From contig NC_134027.1 in the NCBI RefSeq assembly GCF_964204645.1, forward strand, positions 17,012,560-17,076,559: DNA of 64,000 nt, read 5' to 3'. A model generated the notes under the pieces. It had not been told where the DNA came from and did no database searches. It worked only from the letters and a program-made list of their open reading frames with translations. Position numbers and translations under genes: made by a program. This stretch comes from Tubulanus polymorphus. Taxonomy: Eukaryota; Animalia; Nemertea. Below are positions 14,471 through 24,928 of this stretch, piece by piece (the stretch's first letter is position 1; every line of letters starts with the position of its first letter).

Positions 14471-15617
14471 ATCATTGTTTTCTCGCGTTATTTTAGTTTT
14501 GTCGTAATGTCGCCCTCATTTGCATATTCGTGTTTTTTATCTTATCAGCCAGCATACTAAAGCCTTAAGGTCGCGTAAAACTCGATAATCACTTCAAGCG
14601 ACACAGCAAACGATCTCCTTTCCTCCACAGCGAACGCTTACTCCGAATGTCAAGTGTGAGTCCAGCATACGGATAGGAGTGTGTTGTATACTTGTATTTA
14701 GTAAATACCTTGTGGATTTGACAATGATCGGTATGTACTGTAGGAAATATAGAGTATTGATGGTATTGATATAGAGGTTGAAGCCCGCGGCCGAATAAAG
14801 TAATATATTTCTTTATTTTGATACCTCGTCGACATAATAGCTTTTCTCCGCTATATCTCTTCGGCGTGTTTAGTTTAGGCCTACGACTCCCCGGTACACT
14901 TATGATTTATCTTAGTAAATACACGGTTAATTTGGTAAAGAAAAATAGGTATTGCTAAACTAACTGCTTGACGCCCGCAGCCAAATCACTGGTAGTTATA
15001 AATTAATTTGTACTCGATTTGATTCTTATGATGAGGAGAAACTCGCAGCTGATCCCCGGAACGACGATGTAGTAACACACGTCGATTCGTCGATGTTTAC
15101 GGCTCGACAGTGTTTTTAAAATCTAAAGTAGTAAATTTCCAGTGTATTGGTAATATGATTTGATGAGGAAAATGGGCTATTGTTAAAATCACTGTTTGAA
15201 GACCGCGACTGAATGTGAAGTCTGCGGCAATAAATTAGTTCATTTATGCTTGAATTGATAATCGAAGTGACAGTCGGCCAGCGGGTTGATTTCGGGATGA
15301 CGACTCGAAAAACATGTCGCCCCATTGAATGGGGCTAAATTTTCGATGTTTACGGCCCGACAGCGCTTTTGTAACGATAATTCGTGAAAAAACACGCGGG
15401 CTATTTGTAGATCTCAGTGAGTTGAACGATATTATATGGATTGTATATGAAACAGCGGTAAGGCAACAAAGCCTATGTTCTTTTGGTAAAAATAGTGTGG
15501 AAGAAAATAATAATAATAATAATCACGCGGATATCAATAGGGTTTTCTGTGAAATAACAGAAAACCCTAATAATCACGCGGATATCAATAGGGTTTTCTG
15601 TGAAATAACAGAATTAT

Positions 15618-15910
15618 CATGACAATCGTGATAATCGTGATAATCGCGATGATCGCCATGATCGCCATGATCGCCATGATCGCCATGATCGTCATCATCG
15701 TCATGATCGTCATGATCGTCATCATCGTCATCATCGTCATCATCGTCATAATCATAATCATAATCATAATCATAATCATAATCATAATCATAATCATAAT
15801 CATAATCATAATCATAATCATAATCATAATCATAATCATAATCATAATAACAATAACAATAACAATAACAATAACAATAACAAAACAATAACAATAATAA
15901 TAATAATAAA

Positions 15911-15945
<35 letters not shown>

Positions 15946-15951
15946 TAATAA
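15618..15951. repeat. Compound microsatellite (ATCGCCATG/ATC/ATAATC/ATAACA/ATA)
   Basis: Directly visible. Confidence 0.95.
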
Positions 15952-17797
15952 ATATAGCTGCAAAGCAGCGATAACGGGTTTCTGCCTTGCCGGGATAAAT
16001 ACCGTACTAGGAAAAGAGTTGCAAAGGTTGCAAAAGATTTCACTGAAATCAGTTCACTACGTACCACTATCTGTGAAGAAGCGCCACCTAGGGGTCAGCC
16101 TGTATCATGGGTCAGCCCATATCATGGATGTGTTGACCCATGGCTCTTAAGTGCAAAGTAATGATGTACCAAGTTTAGGGAAAATAACTTCAAGAAAATA
16201 GGTGATACAGTGACAGTTGTATCAACTAATTTAGCTGGTTAGCCTAGTATACCTATGTTCATGTCCTCACACCAGGTTTTGTGATATCTATAATAAAATG
16301 GCAGAATAACACGCGAAAACGGATGCTAGAATGACTTTTCAAGATTTACGCCCCTCAGGGATTAGAATCGGAACTAATTATGTGAGGGGATCGTTGTATC
16401 TCATATCAAAGTACATGTGTATCAATTTTCATAGAAATCCCTCCATCCGATGAGTAGATATTAATGAAAATGCATTTCCAACAATTTGTAGATGGCGCTA
16501 TTGGAGCACCATACGAGTTACCTACTTAAACCATACACCAATACAAGTGTCTTGTAAAGGGCTACTAACCACACATTGCAACCTCGATTCTATCACCAAC
16601 GGTTAAGGACCTAGGAGCAAAAATCGTTGTTTCACAGTCCCCTGGTGGCAGTTGTATGAACTAATCATGCAGGTTGGCATATTACACACATGTCTTTGTA
16701 CTTATACCAAGTTTTGTTATTCGAATAATAAACAGACCGCATTACATACGAAAAATGGATGCTGAAATCGATTTTTCAAAATTTACGCCCCCTAGTGGTT
16801 GCATTTAGTAACCAGGTACATGTGTATCAATTTTTATAGAAATCCATTGATACCCTTAATCGATATAGATGAAAATACGTTTTCCAGCGTCTTATAGGTG
16901 GCGCTACTGGAGAACCATCTGAGTTACATAGTTATACTATTCATCAATATAAGCGTCTTGTCAAGGGCTACTGATCACTCATGGCAACCACAATTCTATC
17001 TCCAACGGTTAACGAGCTAGGAGCGAAAATCTCTTTTGAAAAATTTGGGGTCCCATTTTCGAGCCCGTAGAGCCCAAACAGTTAATCGCAGATAGGACGT
17101 GCCATTCACTTTTTTAACCTCCGGGCTGTTATAAACAACTTTCGTGCTCGCCCGAAGCTGAACAGTCAAAGACAAAAAATTTTCTCACACAGTTACTTTT
17201 CGATGTCAGAATTTGCAGATGTAAAACACCCCCTGGTGGCTGAACTGGGTCCCAATCAAAGATCCCTTCGACTTACCTCAAGGTACCTCACGAAAGTTTC
17301 AAAAAAAATCCGTCAAGGAATATTGTAATGCTAGCAGCATATAATCATCCAAGCTCTCGCGTATAGATAGCTGCATTAGCTCTATACAGGGAAGATGCTG
17401 CCAGGATGCTATTGCTTGTATATGCGGCTACGAAAATTCCTCAGTTGCGTTCACTCGAGACTGACCTCATTCAGTGCGCCACATACATATTAGAGATAAA
17501 AGTACTAAAAAACTACAGATGTCGTACACCAGCTCTATCAATGCTTATAGGGACAATGACAAACGTACCGACGCGCTAAGGGAATGACAATACACATACG
17601 TAGATGGATACTGTTTGAATCGGGCTTAAATTTCGATGTTTAGAGGCTCACAGTGAGTAAACAGTTGAGGTCTAATTAATATTATACACAGTATTTGTCA
17701 ATGCAGCGTAGTACTTATGATACAGAATGGTTTCAACGACAGTGAAAGTAAGTTGCTGTTGTTTAAATCCTTTCAGTAAGATCCTGTGTGAAAAAGA

Positions 17798-17831
<34 letters not shown>

Positions 17832-17877
17832 CAGCAGGAATACAATAGGGTTTCTGCGAAGGCAGCAGAAACCCTAA
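15952..17877 (-). mobile_element. Non-autonomous Helitron2, second subfamily
   Basis: 3' end ATATAGCTGCAAAGCAGCGATAACGGGTTTCTGC (3-T ATIR) pairs with the 5' hairpin AGGGTTTCTGC-GAAGGCA-GCAGAAACCCTAA (3-A ATIR) at 17847-17877; inserted in a (TAA)n tract. Confidence 0.8.
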
Positions 17878-17974
17878 TAATAATCCACAGAATTACAATA
17901 GGATTTCTGCGAAAGCAGCAGAAACCCTAATAATCACGTGAATCTCAATAGGGTTTTCTGTGGAGAAACAGAAA

Positions 17975-18230
17975 TATATTTTTTTACTTTTAATTTTAAT
18001 ATCAAGAATCCGATTTTTTTTATACCAATTACAACCAATTAGAATTAGTAAAATTACAAATCCAGTTGAATAATAAAATATTTATTAAACAGTTTAGAAG
18101 GAGTAGAAATATCATTATCTCCATCGTTGTTAATAACATTTATATTATTTATTTGTTCGCTTTTTAAAATACTTTTGAATTTATTCCTAATTGCCGACAC
18201 CATTCAACTTGTTTCAACTCGGTTTTTTCA
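17975..18230 (-). pseudogene. Polinton remnant: homolog of the small membrane-protein ORF preceding integrase (likely part of P1)
   Basis: Minus-strand translation KQVEWCRQLGINSK..YFIISTGFVILLILIG resembles SEKQIKWARELGRRS..TM of 23442-23810 and 62946-63290; orientation fits P1. Confidence 0.6.
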
Positions 18231-18249
18231 TCACAGTAAATTGTTATTT

Positions 18250-19321
18250 CGGCATAAGGGCAATACAAAATAGTTAGTGTGGTGAGTTCTGCAATTTCTG
18301 TTTAACTCCAAGAAGCCATTAAATACATCTGGTAAAAGGTTCGATACATACATGTTCATAAATTGAGCAACTTGTATTTTATTAACGTCATCTGATTTAA
18401 GGATATTTAAATCTTTAAATAATGGGCTAGTATGTGCTTAGTAGTGGGTTTTAGTTATAATTCTGATTACCTTTTTTGAAGGAGAGCATTCCTATTTAAG
18501 ATAGCGTGGTTGTTGCATCATAGTGTAATATATCATAGTATGATGTAGTTCAATAAGAATCTTCGAGGGCAACTATGTTGCCAATCTGCGCATGATATCA
18601 AGATGTTTTGAGATTTTATGAGCAGTTTGCTGTATATGTGGTTTCCAGTTTAAGCCTTTGTCAATAAATACACTTAGAAATCTGGAGTAGGCAGTTCTTT
18701 TAAGATACTACCATTTAAAGATATGTAAGTCGGGTTTTTTTTTCTAGCTCTAATGAATATAAGATAATGTGTTTTTATGAGATTAAGTGATAATTTTTTT
18801 CTGCAAAACCAGATGAATAACCTTCCTGATTCTTGATTCACAATATTTTCAAGGATGTCAGGGTTTTTATGACTACCAAATGTGTTGGTATCATCCGCAA
18901 ACATGATAAATCTAAACAATTCTGAAGCATTTGTACAATCATTTATACAAAGAATGAATAATAAGGGACCTAGTAGAGAGCCCTGTGGAATTCAACTTAT
19001 AGTTCTTGGGGTAGAAATACAATCTTTATATTTGACGGACTGTAGTCTATTAGTTAAGTAGTTGTGAAACCATGACAGTGCTCTTCCTCTAATGCCATAA
19101 TGTTCTAATTTGGATAAAATAATTTTGTGGTCAATCGTATCAAATGCTTTGGATAAATCTAGAAATATACTAATCGTTGTCTCCCCTTTAACTAGCGTTT
19201 TGATGACTTTATTAGTTATACAAGTTATTGCCATGACCGTTGAATAGTTTCGTCGAAATCCAAATTGAGAATCACTAATACTTTGTGCTGATGTAGAAAA
19301 CGACTGATACGGTTGTACATT
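18250..19321 (-). mobile_element. CR1/L2-group LINE, ORF2 reverse transcriptase part (decayed)
   Basis: SQFGFRRNYST, IFLDLSKAFDTIDH, PQGSLLGPLLF, MFADDT, LSLNLIKT motifs. Confidence 0.9.
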
Positions 19322-19856
19322 ATTTAAAACAAAATATTAAAAGTAATTTAAAACTATAATATATTTTCATAACCGTGTGCATTTCATATTATAACTAAAT
19401 ATTTATTCTAAGATATTGATAATTTTAATTTTAAAAGCATATTGTATTAAATCAATTGGTCGCTCCGCTTCGCTACCGCTCCGCTCCGCGACCAATTGAT
19501 TTATTACAATACACAAATTCATATAATCAAATATATTCAAATAATGATAATTATTCTATTATTCAACTGAAATGCACACGGTTATGAAAATATATTATAG
19601 TTTTAAATTAGATTTTAATAATTTGTTTTTAATGAACTCGACCATTCAACCTTTAACCTGAAAGCCTATTACCCCTATTACTCTTAAAATAATCATATAC
19701 ATGAATAACATTTAAATTGATAGATTATTCAATATAAAAGTGTAAGCTCTTATAGAATAGATATATAGATATAGTTACAACATTATTTCAATATTTATAT
19801 TTGTATGAGTTAGATTTTTAAACATTAAAAGTGTTAGTAAAGTGTGATTGAAATAA
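19322..19856. repeat. Left TIR of P2 containing a large imperfect palindrome centred at ~19475
   Basis: 19326-19386 is inverted at 19568-19630; 19440-19463 is inverted at 19488-19511; loop TCCGCTTCGCTACCGCTCCGCTCC. Confidence 0.9.
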
Positions 19857-19949
19857 TTCATATATATATATATATATATATATATGCATGAATAACATAT
19901 AAATTAATAACTTCTAAAATCAATTTAGTAAAAAAAATATGTATAATAA

Positions 19950-20619
19950 ATGGAATCAGAACAACCACAAACTATCAATATTACAAATAACACTGGCGTC
20001 ATAAATATATACTACAAGAAGTGTTCTAAGTGTGAATTAGATAAATTAGCTTTAACAGAATTTAGTAAGCGTAAGATTAGCAAAGATGGTTTTCAATATT
20101 GCTGTAAAACTTGTTTTAAACTATATACCAAACAATACCGAGAAGATAATATAGAACATTATAATTATTATATGGCAGAATATATGAGAGAAAGATATCA
20201 AACAGATCTAAATTTTTGATTGAAACAATGCTTAAGATCTAGATTAACACAATTATTCAACAAAGAAACGCATTCAGAAACACTATCTAATTTATTGGGT
20301 TGTTCAGATGAATTCTTAAAATCATGGATTATATTTCAATTCGATGATAAAATGAATATAGATAATAATGGGGATTATTACCATATTGATCATGTGTTAC
20401 CAATATCTAAATTTAACATGAATGATGAATACAATAAGAAAACTTATTTGGGGTTGGAAAAATTTAAGGCCTTTAGAAAAGAAGGAAAACATAATTAAAT
20501 CTAATAAACTAGATTTACAGTTATATTTAGATCAACTGGATAAAGCAAAGACATTTGTTGAATTATGGAATAGTATTTCACAGAATCAACCGCATTCTGA
20601 GGTTTTAACCAGTGGTTAG
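19950..20619 (+). pseudogene. HNH/endonuclease VII-like nuclease with N-terminal CxxC..CxxC zinc ribbon (NCLDV/phage-type)
   Basis: KKCSKC..CKTC, LLGCS..QFDDKMN..HIDHVLP..WKNLRPL..EN..KSNK across one stop and one frameshift. Confidence 0.8.
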
Positions 20620-20984
20620 AAAGCTGGCAATTCTATTTGAGCTTTGTATGTCTATAATACATAGCTTTTGCTTACTACTAAAACATATGTTGCCAAATAT
20701 ATCTTGTTTTCAATTCTAAAGAATTAATTAACTTCATCATAAAGAACATCTGTTACAATCCAGGCAAACGTGCAGAAATAATTAGTTTGGTCGAACGTGC
20801 GCCACGTCGGCAGTTAGAAATCAACATTCACAAACATAGTACGCATTGGATATTCTCTCTCAAAATACAGTTTACAGTTCTAAATCTATATGTAAGTACC
20901 GTTTTTGTAGTTATTATGAAGTAGGGAAACCTTTAAACATATTTAAGTATAGTAATTCATTTTCACGATATCTTTTAGATTAAA

Positions 20985-21713
20985 ATGGAATACAGAGATC
21001 GACCAGAAATTCCAAGTCAACCATCGGAAGAGGAACCAGAAACGATGGATAGTGAAACTCAGGAGTCAATAGAGATGGAGGATGAAACTCTCGCTTTGAC
21101 GAACAAACTTCACAAAAATTACAAGAACATTTGGACTATCATTAAGAAATGGTGAAAATTCTGAGCGATGTAATACATAATAAACAATTACCGCGCGAAC
21201 TACAATTACCAAAATTACCCATTAAAATGACTTAAATTGCTGTTGGGACTCAAAGAATCGAAAACTAAGAAAATGAGTGGAGAAGAGTTGAACGAGTTTT
21301 TAAAATCTAAATTAATCATTGACACAGAACATTTAAACTTTCCGGAAATACAAAGTGTAGAAGTTATTTCATTTGCTGAAATTACTGATATCTTAAAAAA
21401 AAGTTATAAAACCATATTAAATGGAAAAGCAAATCACCTATGGGACCACATCATTTTCGGGGGTTATCTAAATATAAGGTTTTCAATGTTTGATAAAGAA
21501 ACTGAGGGGATTTCTTGGGGGCTGTGGGTTAAAAAGAACATAGATATCAGTGCCGGTTTTGAAAGAAAACTGAGAAGAGTAGGTAGATTAATAAAATATG
21601 AAAAATTCAAAATATTAGTATTAGCATTTAGTGAAGTAGTCAGATATTTACCAGAAATTGAAGAAATGATTGGAAACAATCCAGTAATTAAAGAATTCTG
21701 GACAAAATTATAA
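20985..21713 (+). pseudogene. Accessory gene of unknown function (acidic N-terminus, helical C-terminal domain) with putative 5'-UTR intron
   Basis: ATG at 20985 follows GTAAGT(20892)..TTTTAG(20978); disrupted N-terminal half; 158-aa open C-terminal half (SWGLWVKKNIDIS..RKLRRVGRL..FSEV). Confidence 0.55.
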
Positions 21714-21789
21714 ATTATAACACTGAAGGTCTTAGATATCAAAAAATATAATCTCGATTGTATATATCTGTTTTAATATTGTATTGATT

Positions 21790-22136
21790 ACTGTTAACTG
21801 TGTATTGCCCAATAACCGGTCCGATTGGACCGCCTTTCTATTGTTCTCCATTGTTCTATTATTGATCGTTGTTAATGGCGGCGGTTGTTCTGTATTGATT
21901 GTTTACTGTTAACTGTGTATTGCGCAATAACCGGTCCGATTGGACCGCTTTTCTATTGTTCTCCATTGTTCTATTATCGATCGTTGTTGACGGAAACAGC
22001 TGCTCAATATTGATTGGTTAAATTTCTATGTTTGAATGTTGTAGTTTACAGAATAAAAATATAACTGTGTATTGCGCAATAACCGGTCCGATTGGACCGC
22101 TTTTCTATTGTTCTCCATTGTTCTATCATCGATCGC
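21790..22136. repeat. Three ~70-bp direct repeats with CGGTCC-GATT-GGACCG hairpin
   Basis: ACTGTGTATTGCGCAATAACCGGTCCGATTGGACCGCTTTTCTATTGTTCTCCATTGTTCTAT at ~21797, 21912 and 22063. Confidence 0.9.
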
Positions 22137-22342
22137 TAAAATTTACATAATAAATATATGTGTTTATGAAATAATATTTCCACCAGTCGTTTCGTTGAAT
22201 TGATTTTCAGTTGAGGATTTATTATCGAGGATCCGAAATGACTTATCAAAAGCAGCGAGGAATGAAAAAGGATGACGTTAGTCGAAGAAATGGAAGAGGA
22301 TTCTTAAATGTTAATCAATTTTAATAAAAATTTGATTTATAA

Positions 22343-22537
22343 ATGGAAAGGAATGATGAATACAATAAAAAACTTATTTGGAATTGGAAAAATTTAAGAC
22401 CTCTTGAAAAGAAAGAAAATAAAATAAAATCTAATAAACTAGATTTACAGTTATATTTAGAACAGTTAACAAAGGCAAAGAAACTTATTGATCAATGGAA
22501 CAATGATCCAAATAATGATATCAAGGATCCGAAATGA
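22343..22537 (+). pseudogene. Second, internally deleted HNH copy (C-terminus only)
   Basis: NDEYNKKLIWNWKNLRPLEKKENKIKSNKLDLQLYL is nearly identical to the 3' end of 19950-20619. Confidence 0.8.
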
Positions 22538-22846
22538 CTTATCTGGACAGTTATAATTACTGCTCCTAATAGATAAACAAAAGTAGTGAGATATCAAATA
22601 GAATTCAAATAAAATATATTAAAAAAACAATAACTTCAACTAGCCATTATTTCTATTTTAACTTTTGATATTTTCTTTTACAATTCTTTTCAAAAGAGAA
22701 TACTTTATATCACCAATAAAGAATACTAAAAAAACAATAACTAATACTAAAATTCTTTACCTTTAACTAAGCTAGTATTAATCTAAAGAGATACTGGTAT
22801 CATTTTATAATACTTATATTTTTTTTCGCTTTTTTCTCTAATATAA

Positions 22847-23449
22847 ATGTCAAAGAAATCGAGTAAGAATAGTATTGATATTGAAAAGACATTAGATGAT
22901 TTGGGTATAAGTGATAATAAAGATACAGTTGTAACTAATTGTGCTCAAGTTAATTGTAATATTGATTATGAATAGTATTTATATTGTAAACACCATCTTG
23001 AATTACTAATTGCTGGCGGGAAATCTAAAGAGTTTTTAACTAAGATAATTACTTTTCAATAATTAGATGCTATGAAACCCGTAAAAAAATATTTTAAGAT
23101 TTATGAAGAAGCTAGATTAGCTAGAATTAATGATTCTATTTCAGATGGTATTGTCAAATGTTATTCAAAATTATGTAACCAGTTAATACCAATTAATGAT
23201 GAAAATGAATTATATAGTGATTTGAAAAATGACTACTTAGTTATGACTGAATTACAAAAATGGTTTGGATATGCTTCATTTCAATTAGGATCGGTTATGA
23301 CATTAATTTCTACTGGTGTCATAACATTTTCGAATATCAAGCCTATGGAATATAAATCAGGTAAGAACGAAACAGATGACGCTGTACTACAACCAAACGT
23401 CGAAACAGAAAATGAATCAGAACAAAAATTAACTAAAATAAATGAGTGA
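22847..23449 (+). pseudogene. Conserved Polinton hypothetical protein
   Basis: MSKKSSKN..GGKSKEFL..YEEARLARI..IPINDENEL with stops; ortholog at 62374-62953. Confidence 0.75.
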
Positions 23450-23810
23450 TGATGTTAAGAAAAAGGCTAGATCTGAAAAACAAATTAAATGGGCAAGATA
23501 ATTAGGTAAAAGATCTTCAGAATTAAAAAAAGCAAAGAAAAAGAAATTAACTGATATAAATGAATCACAGAAATTATCTGATATTAATTCAAATAATAAT
23601 CCATCTGATTCTTCTAATGCTGGAAGTAATTATAAATTCTATATTACAATTGGATTAGTAACAGTTATTATATTATCCGGTGTAATATATAAATCAAAAT
23701 TCAAATCTGATGATAAATATGATTCCAATGACAATAAACCTATCATACCAGAAAATAAATCAAATCATAAAGCCATTGAAACTAAATCTAAATTATTATT
23801 AATGGATTAA
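23442..23810 (+). pseudogene. Small basic single-pass membrane protein
   Basis: MSDDVKKKARSEKQIKWAR*LGKRS..YITIGLVTVIIISGVIY; one internal stop; ortholog at 62946-63290. Confidence 0.7.
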
Positions 23811-23816
23811 AATAAG

Positions 23817-24928
23817 ATGAAAAAAGAACAATATTTAAGAGATTTATATTATAACCCAGAAAGTGAAGTATCATATTCTAACGTTACAGAATTATGGGGT
23901 AAAATTAAATCTGATAAGGAAAATGGTAATATAAAATATAGTGAATTGAAATCATGGTTACAAAATCAACCAACATATCAAATCCACAAGAAAATGGATA
24001 AAACTTATTTAACAAGAAAAGTTATGGTTTCATATATCGATCAACAATGGCAAGCAGATTTAATTGACATGAAGAACTTAGAGGAATACAACAAAGGATA
24101 TTTCTGGATACTGAATGTTATAGACATATTCAGTAGATACGCATGGTCAATTCCAATCAAAAATAAAACTGGTATAGAAGTAACAAATGCTTTTAAATCA
24201 ATATTTAAAGAAGCTATTCCAGATAAGATATAATTTGATGAAGGTAAGGAATTTTATAACAAACATTTCAAAAAACTATTATCTGATAACGATGTAGATT
24301 ATTTTTCAACACACTCAGATAAAAAAGCATCTATTATAGAAGGATTTAATAAAACATTGAAAACTAGAATGTGGAAATATTTTCCTGCTAATGAAACATA
24401 TAAATATATCGATGTATTAGATGATTTAGTGAAAGGTTATAATAATTCTAAACATAGTTCTATAAATATGAAACCTATACAAGCTAGAAAAGAAGATAAT
24501 TCAGAAATAGTTTGGAATAATTTATATGGCGCATTTGTTACACATGATTTCGGAGAACCTAAATTTAAAATAGGACACCACGTTAGAATATCTAATTGTA
24601 TAGAAAAACATTTTATAATGGTTATACCCCTAATTTTACAGAAGAAATATTCCAGATTAAAAAGATAATATTAACTAAACCATTTGTTTATAAATTAGAA
24701 GATTTAAAAGATGAAGAAATATTAGGTTATTTCTATGAACAAGAATTATCATTTGTACCAAATCCAGATGAAATAGAATACAAAATAGAAAAAGTATTGA
24801 AAACAAAAACTCTTAAAAGAAAAAAGTATTCTTTGGTGAAATATAAAGGATATGATGATAAATTTAATGAATGGATTTTATCTAGTAAAATTAAAATAAT
24901 AAATGAATCAAGATTTATTTATATTTGA
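23817..24928 (+). pseudogene. int: Polinton retroviral-like (rve) integrase with C-terminal chromo-like domain
   Basis: YYNP..S, QWQADLIDM, VIDIFSRYAW, (Q>*)FDEGKEF, ASIIEGFNKTLK, YNNSKHSSI, GYFYEQEL, IEKVLK..LVKYKGY..FNEW; one stop and one frameshift. Confidence 0.95.

Larger units (their letters stand above)
2790..15570 (-). mobile_element. Nest of non-autonomous Helitron2/Helentron (HINE-like) elements carrying satellite arrays
   Basis: 3' termini read on + as ATATAGCTGC(C/A)AAGCAGCGAT..CGGGTTTTCTG at 2790 and 10091. 5' hairpin termini AGGGTTTTCTG-N8-CAGAAAACCCTAA lie at 13401-13642 and 15539-15570. A ~1-kb subterminal block is repeated at ~8750-10090, 12340-13430 and 14470-15570. 5474-5790 duplicates 10130-10470. 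Internal boundaries between nested copies are uncertain. Confidence 0.75.

Noticed and set aside
7202-14475. Long ORFs such as 7294-8610 (438 aa, LVLSPATIHYFGF repeats)
   Set aside because: Translations of a 30-bp satellite that is open in several frames.
15574-15963. Asp/His/Tyr-rich ORFs
   Set aside because: Compound microsatellite.
22231-22590. Known ribozyme or SECIS assignment for the HNH-flanking motif
   Set aside because: No CTGANGA/GAAA hammerhead core, HDV topology not satisfied on the minus strand, and SECIS spacing does not fit; left unassigned.
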